A program made the translations under genes and the position numbers. The notes beneath the pieces are model-generated. The model ran no database searches. It saw nothing but the letters and a program-made list of their open reading frames with translations, and had not been told where the DNA came from. From Eledone cirrhosa (Eukaryota), in assembly GCA_964016885.1 (NCBI GenBank), contig OZ024745.1:12276001-12340000 (forward strand): DNA of 64,000 bases. Reading direction: 5' to 3'. Shown here one piece after another: positions 12,555 to 28,900 of this stretch (position 1 is its first letter; each line of letters opens with the position of its first letter).

Positions 12555-15500
12555 TTGAAGTATGTCATCTCTCTAACAGACTGTAACTCACCAATACTGA
12601 AGTACGTCATCTCTCTAGTAGACTGTAATTCACCAATATTGAAGTATGTCATCTCTCTAGTAGACTGTAACTCACCAATATTGAAGTATGTCATCTCTCT
12701 AGTGGACTGTAACTCACCAATATTGAAGTATGTCATCCCTCTAGTGGACTGTAACTCACCAATATTGAAGTATGTCATCTCTCTAGTAGATTGTACCTCA
12801 CCAATACTGAAGTATGTCATCTCTCTAGTAGACTGTAACTCACCAATATTGAAGTATGTCATCTCTCTAGTAGACTGTAACTCACCAATATTGAAGTATG
12901 TCATCTCTCTAGTAGACTGTAACTCACCAATATTGAAGTTTGTCATCTCTCTAGCAGACTGTAACTCACCAATATTGAACTATGTCATCTCTCTAGTAGA
13001 CTGTAACTCACCAATATTGAAGTATGTCATCTCTCTAGTAGACTGTAACTCACCAATATTGAAGTTTGTCATCTCTCTAGTGGACTATAAATCACCAATA
13101 TTGAAGTATGGCATCTCTCTAGAAGACTGTAACTCACCAATATTGAAGTATGTCATCTCTCTAACAGACTGTAACTCACCAATATTGAAGTATGTCATCT
13201 CTCTAGTGGACGGTAACTCACCAATATTGAAGTATGTCATCTCTCTAACAGTCTGTAACTCACCAATACTGAAGTATGTCATCTCTCTAATAGACTTTAA
13301 CTCACCAATATTGAAGTATGTCATCTCTCTAACAGACTGTAACTCACCAATACTGAAGTATGTCATCTCTCCAGTAGACTGTAATTCACCAATATTGAAG
13401 TATGTCATCTCTCTAGTATACTGTAACTCACCAATATTGAAGTATGTCATCTCTCTAGTACACTGTAACTCACCAATATTGAAGTATGTCATCTCTCTAG
13501 TGGATTGCAACTCACCAATATTGAAGTATGTCATCCCTCTAGTGGACTGTAACTCACCAATATTGAAGTATGTCATCTCTCTAGTAGACTGTAACTCACC
13601 AATATTGAAGTATGTCATCTCTCTAGTAGACTGTAACTCACCAATATTGAAGTATGCCATCTCTCTAACAGGCTGTAACTCACCAATACTGAAGTACGTC
13701 ATCTCTCTAGTAGACTGTAATTCACCAATATTGAAGTATGTCATCTCTCTAGTAGACTGTAACTCACCAATATTGAAGTATGTCATCTCTCTAGTGGACT
13801 GTAACTCACCAATATTGAAGTATGTCATCCCTCTAGTGGACTGTAACTCACCAATATTGAAGTATGTCATCTCTCTAGTAGATTGTACCTCACCAATACT
13901 GAAGTATGTCATCTCTCTAGTAGACTGTAACTCACCAATATTGAAGTATGTCATCTCTCTAGTAGACTGTAACTCACCAATATTGAAGTATGTCATCTCT
14001 CTAGTAGACTGTAGCTCACCAATATTGAAGTATGTCATCTCTCTAGTGGACTGTAACTCACCAATATTGAAGTATGTCATCCCTCTAGTGGACTGTAACT
14101 CACAAATATTGAAGTATGTCATCTCTCTAGTAGACTGTACCTCACCAATATTGAAGTATGTCATCTCTCTAGTAGACTGTAACTCACCAATATTGAAGTA
14201 TGTCATCTCTCTAGTAGACTGTAACTCACCAATATTGAAGTATGTCATCTCTCTAGTAGACTGTAACTCACCAATATTGAAGTATGTCATCTCTCTAGTA
14301 GACTGTAACTCACCAATATTGAAGTATGTCATCTCTCTACCAGACTGTAACTCACCAATATTGAAGTATGTCATCTCACTAGTAGACTGTAACTCACCAA
14401 TATTGAAGTATGTCATCTCACTAGTGGACTGTAACTCACCAATATTGAAGTATGTCATCTCACTAGTGGACTGTAACTCACCAATATTGAAGTATGTCAT
14501 CTCTCTAGTAGACTGTAACTCACCAATATTGAAGTATGTCATCTCTCTAACAGACTGTAACTCACCAATATTGAAGTATGTCATCTCTCTAGTGGACGGT
14601 AACTCACCAATATTGAAGTATGTCATCTCTCTAACAGTCTGTAACTCACCAATACTGAAGTATGTCATCTCTCTAGTAGACTGTAACTCACCAATATTGA
14701 AGTATGTCATCTCTCTAGTAGACTGTAACTCACCAATATTGAAGTATGTCATCTCTCTAGTAGACTGTAACTCACCAATATTGAACTATGTCATCTCCCT
14801 AGTGGACTGTAACTCACCAATATTGAAGTATGTCATCTCTCTAACAGACTGTAACTCACCAATACTGAAGTATGTCATCTCTCTAGTAGACTGTAACTCA
14901 CCAATATTGAAGTATGTCATCTCTCTAGTAGACTGTAACTCACCAATATTGAAGTATGTCATCTCTCTAGTAGACTGTAACTCACCAATATATAAGTATG
15001 TCATCTCTCTAGTGGACTGTAACTCACCAATATTGAAGTATGTCATCCCTCTAGTGGACTGTAACTCACCAATATTGAAGTATGTCATCTCTCTAGTAGA
15101 CTGTAACTCACCAATATTGAAGTATGTCATCTCTCTAGTAGACTGTAACTCACCAATATTGAAATATGTCATCTCTCTAACAGACTGTAACTCACCAATA
15201 CTGAAGTATGTCATCTCTCTAGTAGACTGTAATTCACCAATATTGAAGTATGTCATCTCTCTAGTAGACTGTAACTCACCAATATTGAAGTATGTCATCC
15301 CTCTAGTGGACTGTAACTCACCAATATTGAAGTATGTTATCTCTCTAGTAGATTGTACCTCACCAATACTGAAGTATGTCATCTCTCTAGTAGACTGTAA
15401 CTCACCAATATTGAAGTATGTCATCTCTCTAGTAGACTGTAACTCACCAATATTGAAGTATGTCATCTCTCTAGTAGACTGTAACTCACCAATATTGAAG

Positions 15501-18500
15501 TATGTCATCTCTCTAGTGGACTGTAACTCACCAATATTGAAGTATGTCATCCCTCTAGTGGACTGTAACTCACAAATATTGAAGTATGTCATCTCTCTAG
15601 TAGACTGTACCTCACCAATATTGAAGTATGTCATCTCTCTAGTAGACTGTAACTCACCAATATTGAAGTATGTCATCTCTCTAATAGACTGTAACTCACC
15701 AATATTGAAGTATGTCATCTCTCTGGTAGACTGTAACTCTCCAATATTGAAGTATGTCATCTCTCTAGTGGACTGTAACTCACCAATACCGAAGTATGTC
15801 ATCTCTCTGGTAGACTGTAACTCACCAATATTGAAGTATGTCATCTCTCTAGTAGACTGTAACTCACCAATATTGAAGTATGTCATCTCTCTAATAGACT
15901 GTAACTCACCAATATTGAAGTATGTCATCTCTCTAGTCGACTGTAACTCACCAATATCGAAGTATGTCATCTCTCTGGTAGACTGTAACTCACCAATATT
16001 GAAGTATGTCATCTCTCTAGTAGACTGTAACTCACCAATATTGAAGTATGTCATCTCTCTAATAGACTGTAACTCACCAATATTGAAGTATGTCATCTCT
16101 CTAGTAGACTGTAACTCTCTAATATTGAAGTATGTCATCTCTCTAATAGACTGTAACTCACCAATATTGAAGTATGTCATCTCTCTAGTAGACTGTAACT
16201 CTCTAATATTGAAGTATGTCATCTCTCTAGTAGACTGTACCTCACCAATATTGAAGTATGTCATCTCTCTAGTAGACTGTAACTCACCAATATTGAAGAA
16301 TGTCATCTCTCCAGTAGACTGTAACTCACTAATATTGAAGTATGTCATCTCTCTAGTAGACTGTAACCCACCAATATTGAAGTATGTCATCTCTCTACCA
16401 GACTGTAACTCACCAATATTGAAGTATGTCATCTCACTAGTAGACTGTAACTCACCAATATTGAAGTATGTCATCTCACTAGTGGACTGTAACTCACCAA
16501 TATTGAAGTATGTCATCTCACTAGTGGACTGTAACTCACCAATATTGAAGTATGTCATCTCTCTAGTAGACTGTAACTCACCAATATTGAAGTATGTCAT
16601 CTCTCTAACAGATTGTAACTCACCAATATTGAAGTATGTCATCTCTCTAGTGGACGGTCACTCACCAATATTGAAGTATGTCATCTCTCTAACAGTCTGT
16701 AACTCACCAATACTGAAGTATGTCATCTCTCTAGTAGACTGTAACTCACCAATATTGAAGTATGTCATCTCTCTAGTAGACTGTAACTCACCAATATTGA
16801 AGTATGTCATCTCTCTAGTAGACTGTAACTCACCAATATTGAAGTATGTCATCTCTCTAGAGGACTTTAACTCACCAATATTGAAGTATGTCATCTCTCT
16901 AACAGACTGTAACTCACCAATACTGAAGTATGTCATCTCTCTAGTAGACTGTAATTCACCAATATTGAAGTATGTCATCTCTCTAGTATACTGTAACTCA
17001 CCAATATTGAAGTATGTCATCTCTCTAGTAGACTGTAACTCACCAATATTGAAGTATGTCATCTCTCTAGTGGACTGCAACTCACCAATATTGAAGTATG
17101 TTATCCCTCTAGTGGACTGTAACTCACCAATATTGAAGTATGTCATCTCTCTAGTAGACTGTAACTCACCAATATTGAAGTATGTCATCTCTCTAGTAGA
17201 CTGTAACTCACCAATATTGAAGTATGTCATCTCTCTAACAGACTGTAACTCACCAATACTGAAGTACGTCATCTCTCTAGTAGACTGTAATTCACCAATA
17301 TTGAAGTATGTCATCTCTCTAGTAGACTGTAACTCACCAATATTGAAGTATGTCATCTCTCTAGTGGACTGTAACTCACCAATATTGAAGTATGTCATCC
17401 CTCTAGTGGACTGTAACTCACCAATATTGAAGTATGTCATCTCTCTAGTAGATTGTACCTCACCAATACTGAAGTATGTCATCTCTCTAGTAGACTGTAA
17501 CTCACCAATATTGAAGTATGTCATCTCTCTAGAAGACTGTAACTCACCAATATTGAAGTATGTCATCTCTCTAGTAGACTGTAACTCACCAATATTGAAG
17601 TATGTCATCTCTCTAGTGGACTGTAACTCACCAATATTGAAGTATGTCATCCCTCTAGTGGACTGTAACTCACAAATATTGAAGTATGTCATCTCTCTAG
17701 TAGACTGTACCTCACCAATATTGAAGTATGTCATCTCTCTAGTAGACTGTAACTCACCAATATTGAAGTATGTCATCTCTCTAGTAGACTGTAACTCACC
17801 AATATTAAAGTATGTCATCTCTCTAGTAGACTGTAACTCACCAATATTGAAGTATGTCATCTCTCTAGTAGACTGTAACTCACCAATATTGAAGTATGTC
17901 ATCTCTCTACCAGACTGTAACTCACCAATATTGAAGTATGTCATCTCACTAGTAGACTGTAACTCACCAATATTGAAGTATGTCATCTCACTAGTGGACT
18001 GTAACTCACCAATATTGAAGTATGTCATCTCACTAGTGGACTGTAACTCACCAATATTGAAGTATGTCATCTCTCTAGTAGACTGTAACTCACCAATATT
18101 GAAGTATGTCATCTCTCTAACAGACTGTAACTCACCAATATTGAAGTATGTCATCTCTCTAGTGGACGGTAACTCACCAATATTGAAGTATGTCATCTCT
18201 CTAACAGTCTGTAACTCACCAATACTGAAGTATGTCATCTCTCTAGTAGACTGTAACTCACCAATATTGAAGTATGTCATCTCTCTAGTAGACTGTAACT
18301 CACCAATATGGAAGTATGTCATCTCTCTAGTAGACTGTAACTCACCAATATTGAAGTATGTCATCTCTCTAGTGGACTGTAACTCACCAATATTGAAGTA
18401 TGTCATCTCTCTAACAGACTGTAACTCACCAATACTGAAGTATGTCATCTCTCTAGTAGACTGTAACTCACCAATATTGAAGTATGTCATCTCTCTAGTA

Positions 18501-21500
18501 GACTGTAACTCACCAATATTGAAGTATGTCATCTCTCTAGTAGACTGTAACTCACCAATATTGAAGTATGTCATCTCACTAGTGGACTGTAACTCACCAA
18601 TATTGAAGTATGTCATGTCTCTAGTAGACTGTAACTCACCAATATTGAAGTATATCATCTCTCTAGTGGAATGTAACTCACCAATATTGAAGTATGTCAT
18701 CTCACTAGTGGACTGTAACTCACCAATATTGAAGTATGTCATCTCACTAGTGGACTGTAACTCACCAATATTGAAGTATGTCATCTCTCTAGTAGACTGT
18801 AACTCACCAATATTGAAGTATGTCATCTCTCTAGCAGACTGTAACTAACCAATATTGAACTATGTCATCTCTCTGGTAGACTGTAACTCACCAATATTGA
18901 AGTATGTCATCTCTCTAACAGACTGTAACTCACCAATACTGAAGTACGTCATCTCTCTAGTAGACTGTAATTCACCAATATTGAAGTATGTCATCTCTCT
19001 AGTAGACTGTAACTCACCAATATTGAAGTATGTCATCTCTCTAGTGGACTGTAACTCACCAATATTGAAGTATGTCATCCCTCTAGTGGACTGTAACTCA
19101 CCAATATTGAAGTATGTCATCTCTCTAGTAGATTGTACCTCACCAATACTGAAGTATGTCATCTCTCTAGTAGACTGTAACTCACCAATATTGAAGTATG
19201 TCATCTCTCTAGTAGACTGTAACTCACCAATATTGAAGTTTGTCATCTCTCTAGCAGACTGTAACTCACCAATATTGAACTATGTCATCTCTCTAGTAGA
19301 CTGTAACTCACCAATATTGAAGTATGTCATCTCTCTAGTAGACTGTAACTCACCAATATTGAAGTTTGTCATCTCTCTAGTGGACTATAAATCACCAATA
19401 TTGAAGTATGGCATCTCTCTAGTAGACTGTATCTCACCAATATTGAAGTATGTCATCTCCCTAACAGACTGTAACTCACCAATATTGAAGTATGTCATCT
19501 CTCTAGTGGACGGTAACTCACCAATATTGAAGTATGTCATCTCTCTAACAGTCTGTAACTCACCAATACTGAAGTATGTCATCTCTCTAATAGACTTTAA
19601 CTCACCAATATTGAAGTATGTCATCTCTCTAACAGACTGTAACTCACCAATACTGAAGTATGTCATCTCTCCAGTAGACTGTAATTCACCAATATTGAAG
19701 TATGTCATCTCTCTAGTATACTGTAACTCACCAATATTGAAGTATGTCATCTCTCTAGTACACTGTAACTCACCAATATTGAAGTATGTCATCTCTCTAG
19801 TGGACTGCAACTCACCAATATTGAAGTATGTCATCCCTCTAGTGGACTGTAACTCACCAATATTGAAGTATGTCATCTCTCTAGTAGACTGTAACTCACC
19901 AATATTGAAGTATGTCATCTCTCTAGTAGACTGTAACTCACCAATATTGAAGTATGTCATCTCTCTAACAGACTGTAACTCACCAATACTGAAGTACGTC
20001 ATCTCTCTAGTAGACTGTAATTCACCAATATTGAAGTATGTCATCTCTCTAGTAGACTGTAACTCACCAATATTGAAGTATGTCATCTCTCTAGTGGACT
20101 GTAACTCACCAATATTGAAGTATGTCATCCCTCTAGTGGACTGTAACTCACCAATATTGAAGTATGTCATCTCTCTAGTAGATTGTACCTCACCAATACT
20201 GAAGTATGTCATCTCTCTAGTAGACTGTAACTCACCAATATTGAAGTATGTCATCTCTCTAGTAGACTGTAACTCACCAATATTGAAGTATGTCATCTCT
20301 CTAGTGGACTGTAACTCACCAATATTGAAGTATGTCATCCCTCTAGTGGACTGTAACTCACAAATATTGAAGTATGTCATCTCTCTAGTAGACTGTACCT
20401 CACCAATATTGAAGTATGTCATCTCTCTAGTAGACTGTAACTCACCAATATTGAAGTATGTCATCTCTCTAGTAGACTGTAACTCACCAATATTGAAGTA
20501 TGTCATCTCTCTAGTAGACTGTAACTCACCAATATTGAAGTATGTTATCTCTCTAGTAGACTGTAACTCACCAATATTGAAGTATGTCATCTCTCTACCA
20601 GACTGTAACTCACCAATATTGAAGTATGTCATCTCACTAGTAGACTGTAACTCACCAATATTGAAGTATGTCATCTCACTAGTGGACTGTAACTCACCAA
20701 TATTGAAGTATGTCATCTCACTAGTGGACTGTAACTCACCAATATTGAAGTATGTCATCTCTCTAGTAGACTGTAACTCACCAATATTGAAGTATGTCAT
20801 CTCTCTAACAGACTGTAACTCACCAATATTGAAGTATGTCATCTCTCTAGTGGACGGTAACTCACCAATATTGAAGTATGTCATCTCTCTAACAGTCTGT
20901 AACTCACCAATACTGAAGTATGTCATCTCTCTAGTAGACTGTAACTCACCAATATTGAAGTATGTCATCTCTCTAGTAGACTGTAACTCACCAATATTGA
21001 AGTATGTCATCTCTCTAGTAGACTGTAACTCACCAATATTGAAGTATGTCATCTCCCTAGTGGACTGTAACTCACCAATATTGAAGTATGTCATCTCTCT
21101 AACAGACTGTAACTCACCAATACTGAAGTATGTCATCTCTCTAGTAGACTGTAACTCACCAATATTGAAGTATGTCATCTCTCTAGTAGACTGTAACTCA
21201 CCAATATTGAAGTATGTCATCTCTCTAGTAGACTGTAACTCACCAATATATAAGTATGTCATCTCTCTAGTGGACTGTAACTCACCAATATTGAAGTATG
21301 TCATCCCTCTAGTGGACTGTAACTCACCAATATTGAAGTATGTCATCTCTCTAGTAGACTGTAACTCACCAATATTGAAGTATGTCATCTCTCTAGTAGA
21401 CTGTAACTCACCAATATTGAAATATGTCATCTCTCTAACAGACTGTAACTCACCAATACTGAAGTATGTCATCTCTCTAGTAGACTGTAATTCACCAATA

Positions 21501-22980
21501 TTGAAGTATGTCATCTCTCTAGTAGACTGTAACTCACCAATATTGAAGTATGTCATCCCTCTAGTGGACTGTAACTCACCAATATTGAAGTATGTTATCT
21601 CTCTAGTAGATTGTACCTCACCAATACTGAAGTATGTCATCTCTCTAGTAGACTGTAACTCACCAATATTGAAGTATGTCATCTCTCTAGTAGACTGTAA
21701 CTCACCAATATTGAAGTATGTCATCTCTCTAGTAGACTGTAACTCACCAATATTGAAGTATGTCATCTCTCTAGTGGACTGTAACTCACCAATATTGAAG
21801 TATGTCATCCCTCTAGTGGACTGTAACTCACAAATATTGAAGTATGTCATCTCTCTAGTAGACTGTACCTCACCAATATTGAAGTATGTCATCTCTCTAG
21901 TAGACTGTAACTCACCAATATTGAAGTATGTCATCTCTCTAATAGACTGTAACTCACCAATATTGAAGTATGTCATCTCTCTGGTAGACTGTAACTCTCC
22001 AATATTGAAGTATGTCATCTCTCTAGTGGACTGTAACTCACCAATACCGAAGTATGTCATCTCTCTGGTAGACTGTAACTCACCAATATTGAAGTATGTC
22101 ATCTCTCTAGTAGACTGTAACTCACCAATATTGAAGTATGTCATCTCTCTAATAGACTGTAACTCACCAATATTGAAGTATGTCATCTCTCTAGTGGACT
22201 GTAACTCACCAATATCGAAGTATGTCATCTCTCTGGTAGACTGTAACTCACCAATATTGAAGTATGTCATCTCTCTAGTAGACTGTAACTCACCAATATT
22301 GAAGTATGTCATCTCTCTAATAGACTGTAACTCACCAATATTGAAGTATGTCATCTCTCTAGTAGACTGTAACTCTCTAATATTGAAGTATGTCATCTCT
22401 CTAATAGACTGTAACTCACCAATATTGAAGTATGTCATCTCTCTAGTAGACTGTAACTCTCTAATATTGAAGTATGTCATCTCTCTAGTAGACTGTACCT
22501 CACCAATATTGAAGTATGTCATCTCTCTAGTAGACTGTAACTCACCAATATTGAAGAATGTCATCTCTCCAGTAGACTGTAACTCACTAATATTGAAGTA
22601 TGTCATCTCTCTAGTAGACTGTAACCCACCAATATTGAAGTATGTCATCTCTCTACCAGACTGTAACTCACCAATATTGAAGTATGTCATCTCACTAGTA
22701 GACTGTAACTCACCAATATTGAAGTATGTCATCTCACTAGTGGACTGTAACTCACCAATATTGAAGTATGTCATCTCACTAGTGGACTGTAACTCACCAA
22801 TATTGAAGTATGTCATCTCTCTAGTAGACTGTAACTCACCAATATTGAAGTATGTCATCTCTCTAACAGATTGTAACTCACCAATATTGAAGTATGTCAT
22901 CTCTCTAGTGGACGGTCACTCACCAATATTGAAGTATGTCATCTCTCTAACAGTCTGTAACTCACCAATACTGAAGTATG
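12517..22980. repeat. Higher-order duplication: ~12517-16720 recurs at ~18859-22980 (offset 6342, then 6300, then 6258 bp)
   Basis: ORF boundaries 12513/18855 (6342), 13085/19385 (6300), 16658/22916 (6258); shared rare variants tataagtatg (14991/21249), gaaatatg, aactctctaat twice, gaagaatg, gtaaccca, gacggtca. Confidence 0.9.
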
Positions 22981-25900
22981 TCATCTCTCTAGAAGAGTGT
23001 AACTCACCAATATTGAAGTATGTCATCTCTCTAGTAGACTGTAACTCACCAATATTGAAGTATGTCATCTCTCTAGTAGACTGTAACTCACCAATACTGA
23101 AGTATGTCATCTCTCTAGTGGACTGTAACTCACCAATATTGAAGTATGTCATCTCTCTAACAGACTGTAACTCACCAATACTGAAGTATGTCATCTCTCT
23201 AGTAGACTGTAACTCACCAATATTGAAGTATGTCATCTCTCTAGTAGACTGTAACTCACCAATATTGAAGTATGTCATCTCTCTAGTGGACTGTAACTCA
23301 CCAATATTGAAGTATGTCATCCCTCTAGTGGACTGTAACTCACCAATATTGAGGTATGTCATCTCTCTAGTAGACTGTAACTCACCAATATTGAAGTATG
23401 TCATCTCTCTAGTAGACTGTAACTCACCAATATTGAAGTATGTCATCTCTCTAACAGACTGTAACTCACCAATACTGAAGTATGTCATCTCTCTAGTAGA
23501 CTGTAATTCACCAATATTGAAGTATGTCATCTCTCTAGTAGACTGTAACTCATCAATATTGAAGTATGTCATGTCTCTAGTGGACTGTAACTCACCAATA
23601 TTGAAGTATGTCATCCCTCTAGTGGACTGTAACTCACCAATATTGAAGTATGTCATCTCTCTAGTAGATTGTACCTCACCAATACTGAAGTATGTCATCT
23701 CTCTAGTAGACTGTAACTCACCAATATTGAAGTATGTCATCTCTCTAGTAGACTGTAACTCACCAATATTGAAGTATGTCATCTCTCTAGTAGACTGTAA
23801 CTCACCAATATTGAAGTATGTCATCTCTCTAGTGGACTGTAACTCACCAATATTGAAGTATGTCATCCTTCTAGTGGACTGTAACTCACAAATATTGAAG
23901 TATGTCATCTCTCTAGTAGACTGTACCTCACCAATATTGAAGTATGTCATCTCTCTAGTAGACTGTAACTCACCAATATTGAAGTATGTCATCTCTCTAA
24001 TAGACTGTAACTCACCAATATTGAAGTATGTCATCTCTCTGGTAGACTGTAACTCTCCAATATTGAAGTATGTCATCTCTCTAGTGGACTGTAACTCACC
24101 AATATCGAAGTATGTCATCTCTCTGGTAGACTGTAACTCACCAATATTGAAGTATGTCATCTCTCTAGTAGACTGTAACTCACCAATATTGAAGTATGAC
24201 ATCTCTCTAATAGACTGTAACTCACCAATGTTGAAGTATGTCATCTCTCTAGTGGACTGTAACTCACCAATATCGAAGTATGTCATCTCTCTGGTAGACT
24301 GTAACTCACCAATATTGAAGTATGTCATCTCTCTAGTAGACTGTAACTCACCAATATTGAAGTATGTCATCTCTCTGGTAGACTGTAACTCACCAATATT
24401 GAAGTATGTCATCTCTCTAACAGACTGTAACTCACCAATATTGAAGTATGTCATCTCTCTAGTGGACTGTAACTCACCAATATTGAAGTATGTCATCTCT
24501 CTAGTAGACTGTAACTCACCAATATTGAAGTATGTCATCTCTCTAGTAGACTGTAACTCTCCCATATTGAAGTATGTAATCTCACTAGTGGACTGTAACT
24601 CACCAATATTGAAGTATGTCATCTCTCTAGTAGACTGTAACTCACCAATATTGAAGTATGTCATCTCTCTAGCAGACTGTAACTCACCAATATTGAACTA
24701 TGTCATCTCTCTAGTAGACTGTAACTCACCAATATTGAAGTATGTCATCTCTCTAGTAGACTGTAACTCACCAATATTGAAGTTTGTCATCTCTCTAGTG
24801 GACTGCAAATCACCAATATTGAAGTATGGCATCTCTCTAGTAGACTGTAACTCACCAATATTGAAGTATGTCATCTCTCTAACAGACTGTAACTCACCAA
24901 TATTGAAGTATGTCATCTCTCTAGTGGACTGTAACTCACCAATATTGAAGTATGTCATCTCTCTAACAGTCTGTAACTCACCAATACTGAAGTATCTCAT
25001 CTCTCTAGTAGACCGTAACTCACCAATATTGAAGTATGTCATCTCTGTAGTAGACTGTAACTCACCAATATTGAAGTATGTCATCTCTCTAGTAGACTGT
25101 AACTCACCAATATTGAAGTATGTCATCTCTCTAACAGACTGTAACTCACCAATACTGAAGTATGTCATCTCTCTAGTAGACTGTAACTCACCAATATTGA
25201 AGTATGTCATCTCTCTAGTAGACTGTAATTCACCAATATTGAAGTATGTCATCTCTCTAGTAGACTGTATCTCACCAATATTGAAGTATGTCATCTCTCT
25301 AGTGGACTGTAACTCACCAATATTGAAGTATGTCATCCCTCTAGTGGACTGTAACTCACCAATATTGAAGTATGTCATCTCTCTAGTAGACTGTAACTCA
25401 CCAATATTGAAGTATGTCATCTCTCTAGTAGACTGTAACTCACCAATATTGAAGTATGTCATCTCTCTAGTGGACTGTAACTCACCAATATTGAAGTATG
25501 TCATCTCTCTAGTGGACTGTAACTCACCAATATTGAAGTATGTCATCTCTCTAACAGACTGTAACTCACCAATATTGAAGTATGTCATCTCTCTAACAGA
25601 CTGTAACTCACCAATATTGAAGTATGTCATCTCGTTAGTAGACTGTAACTCACCAATATTGAAGTATGTCATCTCTCTAGTAGACTGTAACTCACCAATA
25701 TTGAAGGATGTCATCTTTCTAGTAGACTGTAACTCACCAATATTGAAGTATGTCATCTCTCTAACAGACTGTAACTCACCAATACTGAAGTATGTCATCT
25801 CTCTAGTAGACTGTAACTCACCAATATTGAAGTATGTCATCTCTCTAGTAGACTGTAACTCACCAATATTGAAGTATGTCATCTCACTAGTGGATTGTAA

Positions 25901-28900
25901 CTTACCAATATTGAAGTATGTCATCTCTCTAGTAGACTGTAACTCACCAATAATGAAGTATGTCATCTCTCTAGTGGACTGTAACTCACCAATATTGAAG
26001 TATGTCATCTCTCTATAAGACTGTAACTCACCAATATTGAAGTATGTCATCTCTCTAGTAGACTGTAACTCACCAATATTGAAGTATGTCATCTCTCTAG
26101 TGGAGTGTAACTCACCAATATTGAAGTATGTCATCTCTCTAGTGGACTGTAACTCACCAATATTGAAGTATGTCATCTCTCTAACAGACTGTAACTCACC
26201 AATATTGAAGTATGTCATCTCTCTAGTAGACTGTAACTCACCAATATTGAAGTATGTCATCTCTCTAACAGACTGTAACTCACCAATACTGAAGTATGTC
26301 ATCTCTCTAGTAGACTGTAACTCACCAATATTGAAGTATGTCATCTCTCTAGTAGACTGTAACTCACCAATATTGAAGTATGTCATCTCTCTAGTAGACT
26401 GTAACTCACCAATATTGAAGTATGTCATCTCTCTAGTAGACTGTAACTCACCAATATTGAAGTATGTCATCTCTCTAGTAGACTGTAACTCACCAATATT
26501 GAAGTATGTAATCTCTCTAGTGGAATGTAACTCTCCAATATTGAAGTATGTCATCTCTCTAGTAGACTGTAACTCACCAATATTGAAGTATGTCATCTCT
26601 CTAGTAGACTGTAACTCACCAATATTGAAGTATGTCATCTCTCTAACAGACTGTAACTCACCAATATTGAAGTATGTCATCTCTCTAGTAGATTGTAACT
26701 CACCAATATTGAAGTATGTCATCTCTCTAGTAGACTATAACTCACCAATATTGAAGTATGTCATCTCACTAGTGGACTGTAACTCACCAATATTGAAGTA
26801 TGTCATCTCTCTAGTAGACTGTAACTCACCAATATTGAAGTATATCATCTCTCTAGTGGAATGTAACTCACCAATATTGAAGTATGTCATCTCACTAGTG
26901 GACTGTAACTCACCAATATTGAAGTATGTCATCTCTCTAGTGGACGGTCACTCACCAATATTGAAGTATGTCATCTCTCTAACAGTCTGTAACTCACCAA
27001 TACTGAAGTATGTCATCTCTCTAGAAGAGTGTAACTCACCAATATTGAAGTATGTCATCTCTCTAGTAGACTGTAACTCACCAATATTGAAGTATGTCAT
27101 CTCTCTAGTAGACTGTAACTCACCAATACTGAAGTATGTCATCTCTCTAGTGGACTGTAACTCACCAATATTGAAGTATGTCATCTCTCTAACAGACTGT
27201 AACTCACCAATACTGAAGTATGTCATCTCTCTAGTAGACTGTAACTCACCAATATTGAAGTATGTCATCTCTCTAGTAGACTGTAACTCACCAATATTGA
27301 AGTATGTCATCTCTCTAGTGGACTGTAACTCACCAATATTGAAGTATGTCATCCCTCTAGTGGACTGTAACTCACCAATATTGAGGTATGTCATCTCTCT
27401 AGTAGACTGTAACTCACCAATATTGAAGTATGTCATCTCTCTAGTAGACTGTAACTCACCAATATTGAAGTATGTCATCTCTCTAACAGACTGTAACTCA
27501 CCAATACTGAAGTATGTCATCTCTCTAGTAGACTGTAATTCACCAATATTGAAGTATGTCATCTCTCTAGTAGACTGTAACTCATCAATATTGAAGTATG
27601 TCATGTCTCTAGTGGACTGTAACTCACCAATATTGAAGTATGTCATCCCTCTAGTGGACTGTAACTCACCAATATTGAAGTATGTCATCTCTCTAGTAGA
27701 TTGTACCTCACCAATACTGAAGTATGTCATCTCTCTAGTAGACTGTAACTCACCAATATTGAAGTATGTCATCTCTCTAGTAGACTGTAACTCACCAATA
27801 TTGAAGTATGTCATCTCTCTAGTAGACTGTAACTCACCAATATTGAAGTATGTCATCTCTCTAGTGGACTGTAACTCACCAATATTGAAGTATGTCATCC
27901 TTCTAGTGGACTGTAACTCACAAATATTGAAGTATGTCATCTCTCTAGTAGACTGTACCTCACCAATATTGAAGTATGTCATCTATCTAGTAGACTGTAA
28001 CTCACCAATATTGAAGTATGTCATCTCTCTAATAGACTGTAACTCACCAATATTGAAGTATGTCATCTCTCTGGTAGACTGTAACTCTCCAATATTGAAG
28101 TATGTCATCTCTCTAGTGGACTGTAACTCACCAATATCGAAGTATGTCATCTCTCTGGTAGACTGTAACTCACCAATATTGAAGTATGTCATCTCTCTAG
28201 TAGACTGTAACTCACCAATATTGAAGTATGACATCTCTCTAATAGACTGTAACTCACCAATGTTGAAGTATGTCATCTCTCTAGTGGACTGTAACTCACC
28301 AATATCGAAGTATGTCATCTCTCTGGTAGACTGTAACTCACCAATATTGAAGTATGTCATCTCTCTAGTAGACTGTAACTCACCAATATTGAAGTATGTC
28401 ATCTCTCTGGTAGACTGTAACTCACCAATATTGAAGTATGTCATCTCTCTAACAGACTGTAACTCACCAATATTGAAGTATGTCATCTCTCTAGTGGACT
28501 GTAACTCACCAATATTGAAGTATGTCATCTCTCTAGTAGACTGTAACTCACCAATATTGAAGTATGTCATCTCTCTAGTAGACTGTAACTCTCCCATATT
28601 GAAGTATGTAATCTCACTAGTGGACTGTAACTCACCAATATTGAAGTATGTCATCTCTCTAGTAGACTGTAACTCACCAATATTGAAGTATGTCATCTCT
28701 CTAGCAGACTGTAACTCACCAATATTGAACTATGTCATCTCTCTAGTAGACTGTAACTCACCAATATTGAAGTATGTCATCTCTCTAGTAGACTGTAACT
28801 CACCAATATTGAAGTTTGTCATCTCTCTAGTGGACTGCAAATCACCAATATTGAAGTATGGCATCTCTCTAGTAGACTGTAACTCACCAATATTGAAGTA

